64,000 nucleotides of DNA from Eledone cirrhosa (taxonomy: Eukaryota). A program made the position numbers and the translations under genes. Below, in pieces: positions 28,579-43,883 of the stretch. Positions within the stretch are counted from its first letter, which is position 1. Every line of letters starts with the position of its first letter. The notes beneath the pieces were generated by a model that was not told the origin of the DNA, made no database searches, and saw nothing but the letters and a program-made list of their open reading frames with translations. Location: the NCBI GenBank assembly GCA_964016885.1, contig OZ024754.1, positions 45,446,001 through 45,510,000 on the forward strand, in the 5' to 3' direction.

Positions 28579-31500
28579 TTGAGGAAGTTTAAAATGTCAC
28601 AGTATTTGTTCTGATACATGTGTCCTGAGTTCAAATACCACCGAGATAAATCTTGCCTTTGATGTGTTTAAGGTCAATAAACTAACAGTCGAGTATTGAA
28701 GTTGGTTCTTCCTCTGTCACTTTGAATTATATTTCTATTTCACGCTCTTTCTCTCCCTCTCTCTTTCTCGCTTCCTTTATCTCTCTGATTCTCGTACTCT
28801 CTGTCTCTCTAGCTCTTTAGCATGCACTCAAACATTATATCTTTCTCTATCTCTCTCACACACATATATTTATACTACTTTATCTGTCCCCTTTTCTCTT
28901 GAAGAAATCGTCTCTGCTCCAGCCTGGAGCGCGATGGGTTACGCCAGTATTTAAATGGCCAAAAAACACTGTGTGACAGAAGACAACACCTACGATTCAA
29001 CAAGACTAAAGTGGCTTTTTATTATATAGACAGTAGATTACGTTATTTGATTACCACACTTAAGTCAGAGTGTAAACATATATTTTCTTTTTAATTTTGA
29101 TGTTCAAATTCTAGCTTTATTTCTTCACGTCCGACAAAAACCACCAGATTTCAGAATTCAATATAATGCAATGTTATTGCATTATCATTACATCAAACAC
29201 ATTCGTATTAATTTAAAATAAGTTTCAAATTCAAAATGGCTGCAAATGAAATCAAATCTGCTACCAAATATTTCTTGCATTACTTTTAACTCACAAAACA
29301 TAACATAATAGTCTCATTGGAATTGTTGTAGTAGCAGACACGTACATCATTAACATTTTTCATGCATAATATTAAACGAGTTATATTCTTAATTCTAATT
29401 TTAAAAGTTTTCACTGTATGTTATTACGGTAGCTAATATAAAGTGTAAGCATTCATATTCATAACTTTATATATATATCAACACCAATATCATAGACACA
29501 CAATTCGATTAAAAAACTCTAGTAAAAAATGTGAAGCTTCACTATATCACATTATTATATTTGATTCAAACATAAAATGTAAATTCATATTATTATATAT
29601 CTTCCCTAATATATATATACACAGTAATACAATTGGTTGGGGGGAAACTCTAGGTTAATATTTGAACACTGAACTCAAAGAATATATTTCATTGTTATAT
29701 GTTCTAGACTGGGCTTCATCGGGTCAGAATTTCAATCTTTTAGATGAAACATATTCTTCGTTTATATATTCCGCAATAATTTGTCAAACGTTGGTTTGAA
29801 ACCGATTTATTCTGTAACAAGAAGAAACATTAACAAACACAACGCCATTAGTGTATCAACACTAGAGGGAAAAAATAAAAGTAATCCAGAGACTACATGT
29901 TGAATATTCTAGGATTCACATAACTGACACCTCCCTAGAATTTCCTCAGTAATATCCAAACAGGCGCAGCAGTACATATATGAAGACATATGGTTATATA
30001 TATACATATATTTACACACACGTACATATATATGTATATATATATATATATATACATATATACATATATATATACATATATGTATATATACGTGTTCAAT
30101 TGGGTGTGTGTCAGCGTCTCTGCTTGTATGTAGGTGTATTTCTGATTTGTATTGTGTTTACATGTAAACGTGCCCATTTGTATGCTATGTATGTTTAAAT
30201 GTATTCGTATTTTGTATTCGCTGCTATCATATATCTCATGCTGAATGAACTGCTTGCATGAGCAATGATATAGAAGAGGAGAAATGTGATTGCGTGTCAT
30301 TCATAGATTTGTCCTCGTGATTAAAATTGCACTTTCACGGATCACAAATTTCCATCGGGATTGCATTCAAGTCGAATCTCCAGTTTTGTGCAGATGAGAG
30401 AATATTTGCCATGGTGGAATTGTGTCTCACATATTTCACGTTACATAACATAAGCTTTGTTTCCATTGTTTTCTTTACTTTTTACTTTTTTTCTTATGAG
30501 ATTTAAACGTTGAATTTTGATTATATATCTATATTTTGCAAATGGATTTGAACAAACATTTTTTTCCTATCTGTCAATAATTTTGCTTTTGATTATTAGA
30601 AATAATATTCAAAAGTACACAGCTAATTCAAGATATAATATATAACTAACATATATTAATTCTAAAATCTTAAAATAAAACATCGATACTATTATTATAT
30701 ACAAATATTATTGTTAGGTAAATAACTATATGATTATATTTATTTTTTAAAAATTCTCAAATTAAGCTTTCCTATTTCTTATTAGACATGTAAAGGTTAT
30801 ATACAGATGTCAAATTGTAATATTTTATACATAAATTCAATTCAACAAATTCATGGCTTGCATAGTCCTGTTGTACAAAAATATACGCAAAGCTAAGCGA
30901 AGCTGTTTTGTTTTCTTTTACACGAACATGACGTTGTAAGTCACTGAGGAGTTGAGTTTTCACAACAAATAATATTCATTCAATCATATGATTCGCTCAT
31001 TTAAACAACATAATACTTTTCTCTTGTCATTCCATTAGATGTGCGTGTGAACTTCTATATGTTCCCAAGGTGTTAGCCCTCAATTGCTTCTTCTATATGA
31101 ATTATACAAACTGATGAACAGAGATATAATATTCAGTTTCATAAACGGTTTTCCATAGAATGTTTTATTAATTTGCCAACTGCCTTCATGAATTATGTTT
31201 TTATATGTACGATTCTCACTACACAACGAAAGTTGTTTTTATTCTGTTTTAAGTTTTATGCTTTCCACATTTTACATTTCAATCTGTTTCTCAGAGTGTG
31301 TCATAAAATATGGTTAAGTAGCGGTGAACCACAGATTTTAGTAAACATATACTCTCAAACATTCAAAGTATTTCAAGAGATTTCTTGCAATATACTTTCA
31401 AAGTACAAGAGATTAAACTAACTTTTATCACATGACATTTATTGAAGACAGAACATGAAAGTTGTTTCCTAGAAAAAGATATTGCAGCATTATATAAAAT

Positions 31501-32462
31501 TTATTTTCACCCAGTTCTCATACGTATACACACACACACATACACACACAAATGCACACACATTTATAGCCCCTCCACACGCACACACCAATATATATAT
31601 ATGAATGTATGTATGCATTAAAACAATGAAATATAAAACATGTTTCAGCGATATTGCTCGCTCACCGTGTTTTTCGAGAGTACATACTTGCGATTGTGAT
31701 AATTATAACAAGTATATCGATGCATGTTCGCACCCTCATCGCCATTTTGCATACGACTGTGACCTTAGAAACCTGCTCGTTATAAAGACTAGCCAGACTA
31801 TTCCTAGCAAATAGTGTACCATTATCAGGAATGGTGAAGCTAAATCGAAAATATAATACTGTATAACAACAAAAGCGTAATAAAGAAATATAATAAAACT
31901 AAAATAATATATTTGGGGCAAAGGAAAATTATTTTAGTTTCTACATTTTTCTCCATCTACGATTAATTCCTGATAAATTAGTATTCCGAATAATAAAACC
32001 TTTGCCATAATGGCCTCGATCTCTCGACACGAAGAGATAATGTTTTACGAGCAAGCAAACATACAGCTTCTCTTTAAACTGTAGTTAGTTTAATAATACT
32101 AGTCCGATTGTTTAGCAGCTCGGCATACTATTATCACATCACTATCTTCTTGCATACATTTTTCTTTATAATTCTTTTGTATCTTTCAATATATTTTCCC
32201 GGGAGCAATATCGTTGTATATAAATAGCAGGAGACCACTCCTATATAATTCTATGTTGGCTGTAAAGATAAAAGTAGCTGTACAGTGAATAAGAATTTGA
32301 TACATTGATGAACGAAAGTAAATTCCGGTAGGCATTTTGTCGGTTGTTCTAAGAATTCTGTTCAAAATGTCACGTGATCTCTTTACATTTCCAGGAATTT
32401 CTATTATATATATACATATACAATAAAAAATTCAATGAGAACAAGGATTAGTGTTATAAATA

Positions 32463-32543
<81 letters not shown>

Positions 32544-32593
32544 TTGAGGTAAACATTGATGCAATTTAAATGAAGCACTCAACGTACTTTTTC

Positions 32594-32633
<40 letters not shown>

Positions 32634-32700
32634 TATACATATATATATATATTAAGAGAGTAAAACAAAGAAGCCTTCAATACATCAAAAGTCTTTATTA

Positions 32701-32738
32701 GCCGACAATGTTTCGTCCTATTAAGGACTCATCAGGGC
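32701..32738 (-). ncRNA. Type I minimal hammerhead ribozyme (family C)
   Basis: Minus strand: GCC-CTGATGA-GTCCT taat AGGAC-GAAAC att GTC-GGC then TAATAAA; canonical core and GUC triplet. Confidence 0.85.
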
Positions 32739-33079
32739 AATTAAAACAACAAGAAGTAATATCGGCAGATACAAGCCGGAATCTCCGAAGAATATGGAGT
32801 GTACATAAACTGAAGTATTACAAAAATATATAATAAAAATATATGATAATAATTACTAAGGATGTATATAACATTAAGAACCATATTACATATATAGTCC
32901 AAAGCAAAAACTAGAGCTAAGCAAAGGTGGTTATATAGAGCAGGAATTTTATATAATACAATATAACATACAATAATATACCTTTACCAACATTAAAATC
33001 AAAAATTACAATAAAAATCAAAAGATACAATATGCATATGTATATATGTGCGCACACGTACACACACATACACATACAA

Positions 33080-34118
<1,039 letters not shown>

Positions 34119-34781
34119 CTTCCATTTTAGACCTATGAATGTGTGCGTGTCTTTATATATATGTACTTTGATATATGTGTACATGTATCTACGTATATGT
34201 CTTTTTCTCTGTATATATACATATATGTGTGTGGGGGGGTGGAAAGAGAGAGAAAGAGAGAGTTTGTGTGTGTGAGTGTGTGTTTCTTACCCGGGCTAAA
34301 ATGTTCACTGTTCTGATATGAAACAGTCTGTAGTGTAAAAGGAAATTCCCTACATCATGATACGGTTCTTTAAATTAATATGTATGTACGTTATGGTAAA
34401 GATCTTAAGACAAGCACTATGAAACTCTAATAAGTTTTGTCGTGACAAGTGCAGTGACCTGTTTGTTTCAAGTCAACTATATATTCCTCAGGTTTCAGAT
34501 GCGCCTAGTTTCCCTCACAAGCTTATTAAGATGAATGTATTTGAATGAAGTGTTGATTATATAGCTTAGTATATTCATAAGAAAAGAACATGGTGACAGT
34601 TCTAATGTCTAAAGACGAGAGTTTTATACATTTATACCTTATCAATATACATTTTATATGTATTGATTAAATCTAAAATTAGCTTATACACACACTCTCA
34701 CAGACGCTCACACACACATACACACACCCACATATGTATATATATATATGAATATATATATACACATATATATACATATAT

Positions 34782-34832
<51 letters not shown>

Positions 34833-34968
34833 TATATATATATACACATATATATCTATATGTGTGTATATATATATATTAGTTAAAACAGAAAACAAAA
34901 ACAAAGCGAAGAGTGCAGTACAAAGTGTTAGTATTAAGTTCACGCTTATGTATATATAGACATACATA

Positions 34969-35034
<66 letters not shown>

Positions 35035-35099
35035 CATATATATACATATATACATGTAAATGCAAATATATATATATGTGTATAAATATATATGTGTGA

Positions 35100-35142
<43 letters not shown>

Positions 35143-36489
35143 TGTGTGCGTCAGTCAGTGTCTGTGAATGTTTTGATGCTTGGCGGTATGTTTTGAAGAA
35201 ATTCTTAATTTCTGGCGGGCATGTAGATCCACTGCACTAGAATATTCTGTGAACGTAATTTCCTCACATTTACACAGGAACTTATTTTTTGGACAAATAG
35301 TTAATTCGTCGTTGCTTTTAATGTATAACCATACACCTATATACACTAAAAAGCACAAAATCTCCAACATACATACACTGTTTGTTGTGTTAGTGTGTAT
35401 TTATTTTATGCTTTCTTTTGATCAAGAAGACATGTCTATGTGGAATAGAGTGTAAATATACGAAGATTCGTATTATTGTTTGAACATTATTATGCTAATC
35501 AACCAATTATATGTTTATATAGTGGGTTCCCTTAAGGGGTGTCATAAAACATACGTTTTATTCTGTATACATGGCATCGCGTACTTGTACCCCTTTTGGG
35601 GTTATTTACACGTCTTTTGAAACTGTATATATATATATATATTTGCTCTTTTTACATGAATGTTATAATACATCTATTTATATATTTTTGCTACAGAGTT
35701 TTACTTTACTTTCCTTTATTTTGTTTGTACGATATATCAGTTATGTTGATGCGATGAACAATATATGCATATTTATATATTTATATATGTTATTTATTTA
35801 ATAGTTTCACTCATTCAATGGATCCAAAACTGGCTCAACGTTTGTATTTGAACTTTATATTTGGAAGTCGGACGCATTTCAACCCGACCTATTGCAGATG
35901 TTTCCTAAAATCAAAGTTTCAAAGTGCGAATAGGACTAAAGAGAAGGCACATGGATTAGTTGTTACATAGTTGTATTATCAATCATGAGGTTGTGAATCC
36001 GATACCCTGACTGGACGGCATGTTGTGTACTTGAGCTGTACTTAACAATGATCCAGTTTACTCGGCTGTAGAAATGAGTTGCCATGTCACTTCTGTGTAT
36101 TTCTATTGAACAACATCGGTGGCGTGAAGTGTGGGGATTTCTACTCATGAGCGATGCGAGAGCTGGTCTTCTAAAAAGCAACATGCAGCCCAAGCTTGTG
36201 CTTCAGAGGGGAATATTCTAGGTGCGAAACCCCTGAGCTTTCGGGATAGAAGGGGTTCTTTACACTTTTTATGGGAGTAGAGACATGAAATATGTACGGG
36301 ACAATGTATTTCGCTTCTAATTCACCAATTCGAGATTCGACGCTAATATTTAGCGAAACCACCAGCGAAGGAGTGAGTAACATGTACATATGATAGGAGA
36401 CACTTACCTAATAAACGATAAAAATCCCATTACTCCTTGTGGAGTCGTAGAGACACCGTGAAACCGCTTGTCTCGGGCACTTTCAAATA

Positions 36490-36605
36490 TCTGAGTTAAA
36501 TCCCACCGAGGTTAACTTTGCCTTTCATCCTTATGGGGTCGATTAAATAAAGTACCAGTAATACGCTGGGATTATTGCTGGTCTTGTGTCAAAAGTAGAA
36601 AAAAA
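36490..36605 (+). mobile_element. Same SINE family, 5'-truncated
   Basis: GAGGTTAACTTTGCCTTTCATCCTTATGGGGTCGATTAAATAAAGTACCAG. Confidence 0.75.
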
Positions 36606-37425
36606 ACATTATTATATAATAGAGGGAGCTAGAAAATATCCCAAATAATCTTAATTAATAATCTAAAAATAAACCAACCAATCAGTTTTATTTGTGGTAG
36701 GATGGTTCCAGGAAAAAAAGATGGTTTATTTAAATGTATTTATTTGCCTTTATATTTTTGATTCATTTTATGTTTTATCACGTGCCTTAGCATGCTATTT
36801 CATTACATCCAACAGGGATACAAGAGACCAACGAATAATGTGATGACGTTAATCTCACCTGCACGTTTAGAGTTAGCAAAGAAACTCAGGAGATTGAAAA
36901 TGTGGATTCTGTGAAGTTCAATAAGCCATAAATATACGGCTTAGCACGTTTATGCAACAAATGAATTATACAGAGTTTGTGTTACTGGACCCGAGAGTGG
37001 TTTCCTCTAAGGTAAACAAAAAGAAAAAGCACCTTTCAGCCATTTTCTTTTGAATGCCCATTTTAAATTTCATTTCCTTACTGCAACACAGATCACGCTT
37101 TTATATCGACTACACAGCGTCTTCACCTCTCTACTGAAGATGCATAACTCGAAACGATTGTTGTATTTATTTTCTTCATTTTTTTAAAAATATTTTCCTG
37201 GCTATACACCAAGTTTTTTTTCGATAATACCATCAACTAAATTCAAAAAGAAATAAGATAATTCGCTAGAATTAATTTTGTAATTAATGAGTAAAACGTT
37301 AAGCGAATCAACGTTGGCAAATTCATTGTGGATATTTTTAAATTTAAAATGTGAAAATATGAGTAAACAACAAAAACATATCGGCTTTTAAAACAAACGC
37401 ATATATACATATAACTGTGCATGTG

Positions 37426-37481
<56 letters not shown>

Positions 37482-37486
<5 letters not shown>

Positions 37487-37645
37487 TTGCGAGGTTTGTG
37501 ATATGAAATCGTGTGTCGAAACAAATTAGATTACCGATATAAAAGAAACAGATGCGGAAAGCGAAAACCAACCAAACAGTGAGTGTGTTCTGTTATTAAT
37601 TCTGGCAATATTACACAAATATGACCCTCCCCAAGTATAATAATA
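37482..37645 (-). repeat. Short copy of the 13447-13772 repeat
   Basis: Shared block AAGCGAAAACCAACCAAACAGTGAGTGTGTTCTGTTATTAATTCTGGCAATATTA. Confidence 0.7.
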
Positions 37646-37865
37646 TATACATATATATATACAACGCCAATCATTGTACGCTTGTATCTAACTGACATGC
37701 AAAAGCATATATATAGGAATAATGTAGGCCGAGATCATAGTAGATTCAAATAACAGAGAGGGGAGGGGGAGGTGAGGTGCAACAGAAATGAAACATGGAT
37801 TGCAGGTTAAAATATAGTCTAGATAGATGTGAAACAAAACGAGGATGAACACCCAAATGATTTAG

Positions 37866-38301
37866 AAGTCGACTTTAAGCAGGAGCAATAATATTGAGAA
37901 ACATATGAACGACAGCACATGATTTTGTTTCGAAAATTTTGAAAGTAAGTTTATAAGTATGAATTTTCAGTACATGTTAGTAGTTGTCTCAGTGGACTAG
38001 CCGTAAATCCTAGAGACTGTGGAGATCCTGGCCTTGGGTTCGATCCTGGTCAAGAGATGCATATAATCTTTTTTCACTTTATATTTTACATCACATAGAA
38101 AAAAACTGAAAAAGTTTACCGGGAACCCTACTCCCGACCAGGATCGAACTTCAGACAAGGATCACCAATGTCTATGACTCCTCCAACTAAGCCGCCGAGA
38201 CAGCTACAAAAGTGTCATGAAAATCAATAATGATAAACCTACTTTCAAAATCAAACGTTCATGGCTTTCCTAGAGCTATTGGTCATATTTAGGTTCGACT
38301 T
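37866..38301. repeat. Long imperfect inverted repeat with tRNA-like (A/B box) sequence in each arm
   Basis: Shared blocks AAGTCGA, ATGAACG, ATTTTGAAAGTA, GTAGYTGTCTCRGYGG and GTTCGATCCTGGTC in inverted orientation. Confidence 0.7.
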
Positions 38302-38455
38302 GTCTATCTTCTGACACTTTTGTAACAACCTTATTATTCATATATGTGTTTAACTGTTGAATTAATTTAAGTTGATTATTCTAACAAACAAATAATATAT
38401 ATATATATATGGAACAAAAACAAAGACCGCTTACATCATCAATTCATCTTTATTT

Positions 38456-38500
38456 GCTGACAGTGTTTCGTCGTTGCATAATTGCAGGACTCATCAGAGC
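38456..38500 (-). ncRNA. Type I minimal hammerhead ribozyme (family C)
   Basis: Minus strand: GCT-CTGATGA-GTC c TGCA atta TGCA ac GAC-GAAAC act GTC-AGC then AAATAAA. Confidence 0.8.
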
Positions 38501-38704
38501 GTTATAAAGAGGAATTAGATCAATAGTACCGACCTATATCACAAGAACGATCCATTATTATATATATACGATCCAAAATTATATATATAGATATATAGAT
38601 ATATATAATGCCAATCAATGCAACTTTGAATCTGACATGCAAAAACATATAAATAGATAGATAAATAGTTAAATAAATAAATAAATAGATAGATAGTTAA
38701 ATAA

Positions 38705-38769
<65 letters not shown>

Positions 38770-38807
38770 CATATAGATAGATAGATAGACATATAGATAG
38801 ATAGATA

Positions 38808-39797
38808 ATTTTCTTTTTATTTGCCACCAGGGCATCAAAAAGTGGGACAAGTACAATGGGGGGGGGAGATTACATAACAAGGCGTCCTCAATAAGGAAGA
38901 GGCAATAACAAAATATAAAAATAAAATAAAATATAACAAAATAAAATTTATAACAAAATCCTCAATAGAGAGGAGGCGCCTTGGGGGGTCGCACACACCC
39001 CCGAAAAAAGTGTGCAACCGTTCTCCTCAGGAGCACAGAGAGGGGTGCTCCCTTGGTCTTTCATCTTCCTCACCTATAGTCTGATGTAGAGTGAAGGCCC
39101 ATTCACACGGGCTATTCTCGCCACTTTCACAAAAACGGCTGGGGTGCAGCACTTCTCTCTCCATCCTGATCCTTCTTCCGAAATGATATCGGAAGAAACG
39201 GAGCAGTTGTTGGCCAGAGAGAAAGGTGTCTGATCTCAGTCCTTTCAGACGCGTCCACCATACAACCTCTTTAGCCATGGCTATTACGCACAGAAACACC
39301 GCCTGTCCTTCGTTTTTGAAGAGGGGGGGGCGGCTTGATCGTTACAATAGACTCGGCGGTCAACCGGATCGGTCCCACCCTTGACAGCAGTTGTTCGACA
39401 TAGCCCCACAGATCGGCAATGCCCGAGCAGTGTACCAAAGCGTGTGCAACGGTTTCCTCGTCGCACACGCGATGGGACAGATCTTTTTCGAGGGGTCCCT
39501 ACCCGGGCGCCTGTGTCTGTAGAGCCTTTCTCGAACGGGCAGAGCCCCTCGGTAGCACTGCCAGGCCAGGGACCTCTGGAAGTTATCCATGGGTCCCGGG
39601 CTGAATGTCTTACCGAACAGGTTGTCCAGTTCGTCTTCCTCCATGCCTAGGGCTTCTCCGAGGGCGTCGTCGCACCTGCTAACCACCAGCCCTCTATAGA
39701 ATGACGAGGTGGATTCTCCACTGACAGCCGAGTCCGCCTGCCAGAGAGCCGTGAGCGCCTGGGCACACTCGGTGTGCCAGGTGCCCAGTTTTCTCGG
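38808..39797 (-). mobile_element. Tx1-like LINE, 5'-truncated ~1-kb copy with frameshifts
   Basis: Colinear with 39928-40926 (zf-RVT region and 3'UTR) with scattered substitutions and small deletions; GATA repeats on both sides. Confidence 0.93.
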
Positions 39798-39813
39798 ACG
39801 TATAGATAGATAG

Positions 39814-39848
<35 letters not shown>

Positions 39849-39893
39849 GAGATAGATAGAGAGATAGATAGATAGAGAGATAGATAGATAGAG

Positions 39894-39926
<33 letters not shown>

Positions 39927-39927
39927 T

Positions 39928-42900
39928 ATTTCTTTTATTTGCCACTAGGGCATCAAAAGTGGGACAAGTACAATGGGGGGAGTTTACACAAAAAGGCGTC
40001 CTCAATAAGGAGGAGGCAATAACAAAATATAAAAATAAAATAAGATATAACAAAAAATAAAATTTTTAACAAAATCCTCAATAGAGAGGAGGCGCCTTGG
40101 GGGGTCGCACACACCCCCGAAAAAAGTGTGCAACCCTTCTCCTCAGGAGCACAGAGAAGGGGTGCTCCCTTGGTCTTTCATCTTCCTCACCTATAGTCTG
40201 ATGTAGAGTGAAGGCCCATTCACACGGGCCATTCTCGCCACTTTCACCCATCTTTCATAGAAACGGCTGGGGTGCAGCACCTCTCTCTCCATCCTGATCC
40301 TTCTTCCGAAATGATATCGGAAGAAACGGACCAGTTGTTGGCCAAAGAGAAAGGTGCCCGACCTCAGTCCTTTCAGACGCGTCCACCATACAACCTCTTT
40401 CGCCATGGCTATTACGCACAGAAACACCGCCTCTGCTTCATCTTTGAAGGGGGGAGGCGGCTTGATCATTACAATAGACTCGGTGGTCAACCGGATCGGT
40501 CCCACCCTTGACAGCAGTTGTTCGACATAGCCCCACAGATCGGCTACGACCGAGCAGTGTACTAATGCGTGTGCAACGGTTTCCTCGTCGCACACGCATC
40601 TGGGACAGATCTTTTTGGCGGGGTCCCTACCCGGGCGCCCGTGTCTGTAGAGCCTTTCTCGAACGGGTAAAGCCCCTCGGTAGCACTGCCAGGCCAGGGA
40701 CTTCTGGAAGTTGTCCATAGGTCCCGGGCTGAATGTCCTACCGAACAGGCTGGCCAGTTCGTCCTCCTCCATGTCTAGGGCTTCTCCGAGGGCGTCGTCG
40801 CACCTGCTGCGTACCAGCCCTCTATAGAATGTTGCGGTGGAGTCTCCACTGACAACCGGATCCGCCTGTCAGAGGGCAGTGAGCGCCTGGGCACACTCAG
40901 TGTGCCAGGCGCCCAGTTTTCTCGGTCTTTGCTTGACCCAGGATTGCAGCTCGGTGAGTGAGACGAGTCTGGGAAAGGTTCGTCTCACAAACGAGGCCCA
41001 CACCGGTTGTCCGGTGAGGAATACGTAGAGGTGCCGTAGCCTTAATGCGTGTTTACGCATCATTAGCCACGGCATCCCCAGCCCTCCTTTCGAAGGGTGT
41101 TGACAGCAGATGGATCTCCTCACCATAGGAGCCCGCCTCTTCCAAAGGAATTGGAAGAGCGCGCGCTCCATCTTGGTGAGGGTTTCCCTTGGGCAGGGCA
41201 CTACGGTCAGGCGGTAGTAGATGACGGACGCTATGTAGGTGTTCGCCACCTCCGCCCGACCTTTCAGGGATAGTTTGCAACTGGCCCACTTCTGGGTCAG
41301 TGCAAACACCCTGTTCGTAACCTCCGCCCAGTTTTTCTCCACCTGGAGGTCCGGTCCGAACCAGACCCCGAGCAACTTCACCGGGCCCTCCGTCCAGCGT
41401 CCGACGACGCTATCGGAGGGCATCGGTCTGCCCCTCCACGTGCCGAGTTGCAAACCGATCGACTTGTCCCGGTTCAGCTTAGCCCCTGTGAACTTTTCGT
41501 ACTCCTCCAGTAAGGTGCCGACCGCCTCGATTTCGGAGGCCGTCGACACCATTACTGTCACGTCATCGGCGTAGGCCGACACCGCTTTCCGCAATCCCGG
41601 TTCCAAAGGGATGCCCTGCAACAACTCCAACTTCCGCAGTAGTGGCTCGAGAGTCAACACATACAGAAGGGAGGAGAGAGGGCACCCTTGTCGGATGGAC
41701 CGCGCGATTTTGAACGGCTCCGAGAGGTAGCCGTTCACCTTGACCCTAGAGCAGATGCGGCTGCTGTGCATAGCAGTGATCCAGCCCCTGAAAACGGGTC
41801 CGAAGCCTGCCGCCGCTAGCACCGCATCCAGGTAACCATGGTCGACCCTATCGAACGCCTTAGATTGATCCAAGTTGATCAGAGCCCCACCAAAGCCGGG
41901 TTCGTTCCCAACCCTCTCTATGATGTATCGCATGAGGTGGAGGTTGTCATGGATGGACCTGGACGGGATAGCGCATGTCTGCGCATCTCCCACCAGGTTG
42001 CCCACGACAAGCGCCAACCTCTTTGCTAGCACCTTGGCCAAAATCTGTAACTCTGTATTTAGCAGTGTTATGGGCCTGAAGTTACTTATTTCGTCCCCCT
42101 TGTTCTCGTCCTTCCTCACTAGCGTGACTACGCCCTTGGTCACAGTACAGGGAATTCTCCCGTTCTGTTGCCAGTTGCAGTAGACCGCCTCGAGGAGATC
42201 GGGGAACAAGTCCGGCATAGCTAGATATAATTCGTAAGGAAGACCATCGAGACCCGGGGATTTGCGTTTGCCGCATTGGCTCAGCACGTCCTCTATCTCA
42301 GCGGCCGAAATCGGCTCCTCGCAGGACTTCGCCTCCCTGTCCGAGAGGCGCGGCAGGCCGTCGAGGTATGGACCGAAGTCCACGTTCCCAACCGGCTCCC
42401 CGCCCCTCCCGAACAGTCGGGCAAAGTGCCTTTGAAAGGCCTCACACATCTGCTTAGGCTCAAGAATCGCCCGTCCATCCAGGTCTCGCAAAGACCGGAT
42501 GGTGGATTTAGTTCCACTGTTGGCCTCTGTCACGCGGGCCCAGCTAACAGCTTTGGTCCCCTCGTTCCCTAGAGCACGTATTTTACTTCGGACAACGCAG
42601 CCTTCGTGCTTCGCGTCGAAAAACTGGCTCAAAGCCGTTCTCGACGCTAGCACTCTGGCCACGTCGCCGCTTCTAATTGCCTCTTCTACTCTATCTATTA
42701 GCTCCCTTTCCTTCCTATTCCTATCCGCAGCTAGAACCTTACTAAATTCTATCGAGACTACTCTAATCTCTCTCTTTAGAGATACCCACCACCTGCTGTT
42801 GACGATCGCTCCAGTCAACCGTTCCTTAACTAACGTACTAATCCGATTCCTGTAGGCTCTACTTGCCGGCAAGGACAAGTTGAGCTTCCAGTAACCGGGG

Positions 42901-43212
42901 CCCTGTCTATGAGTTCTGTCAAGGTTGACCATGCAGGTCACTAATTTGTGGTCTGAATAGCCAACCATGCGCATTTTTGGACAACTTAAAAAGTCCTTAT
43001 CCTTAATTCTAACTAAGAACCTATCTAGGTACGACCTAGATGATCCGCTACGATTTGCCCAAGTCCAGGTTGGCGCAGTCGGAAAATCTAGTCGATATCT
43101 ATCGGCCAGGTCAAATCGACCGATTAACCCTTTGAGGCTATTACACCCCTCTCTATCGGGGCAGGCCCCTACGTAGTCCCAGCGTGCATCTAGGATACCA
43201 TTCCAGTCCCCC

Positions 43213-43213
<1 letters not shown>
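39928..43213 (-). mobile_element. Tx1-like non-LTR retrotransposon, longest copy (~3.3 kb), flanked by (GATA)n
   Basis: ORF2 plus a ~260-bp 3'UTR ending AATAAAAGAAA then (TATC)n; GATA repeats at 39801-39927 and 43213-43246. Confidence 0.93.

Positions 43214-43214
<1 letters not shown>
40191..43214 (-). pseudogene. Tx1/L1-clade LINE ORF2 (C-terminal part of APE endonuclease + reverse transcriptase + zf-RVT), 5'-truncated, one in-frame stop at 40869-40871
   Basis: APE motifs GDWN, TW...SYLDRF, SDHKLV and GPGYWKLN; RT motifs KSPGLDG, NFRPITLLN, LDQSKAFDRVDH, RQGCPLS and YADD. ORF 40191-40772 is in the same frame (offset 2442 nt) and carries CPRC..EETVAHALVHC. Confidence 0.95.
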
Positions 43215-43246
<32 letters not shown>

Positions 43247-43592
43247 GTGCGTGTGTTTATACGATATTTGTTGATGTCAACATACATGATTCAGTAGTTA
43301 AGACGCCGCTTCAAAGCAGGTGAACGTTTACTTCCGTTGACCTCGTCTTATTGGAAGGTTGTCCTATGAAGACTAATGAACGTTGTTCAGAATTCGCTAC
43401 AAATAAACTGCAGACTGGAAGGCTTCTGTAATTATTGAAGAGAGAATCCAAATTCTGACACCAAATGGTTCACTTTGTTAGCCTTGGAATGAATATTTAA
43501 TTCGAGTAGACGTTACATTTAGGTTCAACAACATATCTATACGTAGGAGGCATTGTATTATTGGAACAAGTAAATGAAAAAGACACAGCATA

Positions 43593-43657
<65 letters not shown>

Positions 43658-43847
43658 ATGAATAGATAAATATATATATATATATATCTGTATATATATA
43701 TACAGTATATCTGTATAAAAAAGCAGATATATATATATGCGAGTGTGTGATAGAGTGTATATATATATATATATATATATATACGTATATATATATACAG
43801 TATATCTGTATAAAAAAGCAGATATATATATGCGAGTGTGTGATAGA

Positions 43848-43883
<36 letters not shown>

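Noticed and set aside
30330-30420. Perfect Kozak CCACCATGG on the minus strand
   Set aside because: Opens only a ~25-codon frame with no recognisable similarity.
37128-37168. CTGAAGA...CGAAACGATTGTT
   Set aside because: Stem II and stem I do not pair.
37985-38057. Functional tRNA gene
   Set aside because: A/B boxes are present but no convincing acceptor or anticodon stem; treated as tRNA-like repeat sequence.
41053-43176. Short ORFs overlapping or antisense to the Tx1 ORF
   Set aside because: Shadow frames of GC-rich coding sequence.
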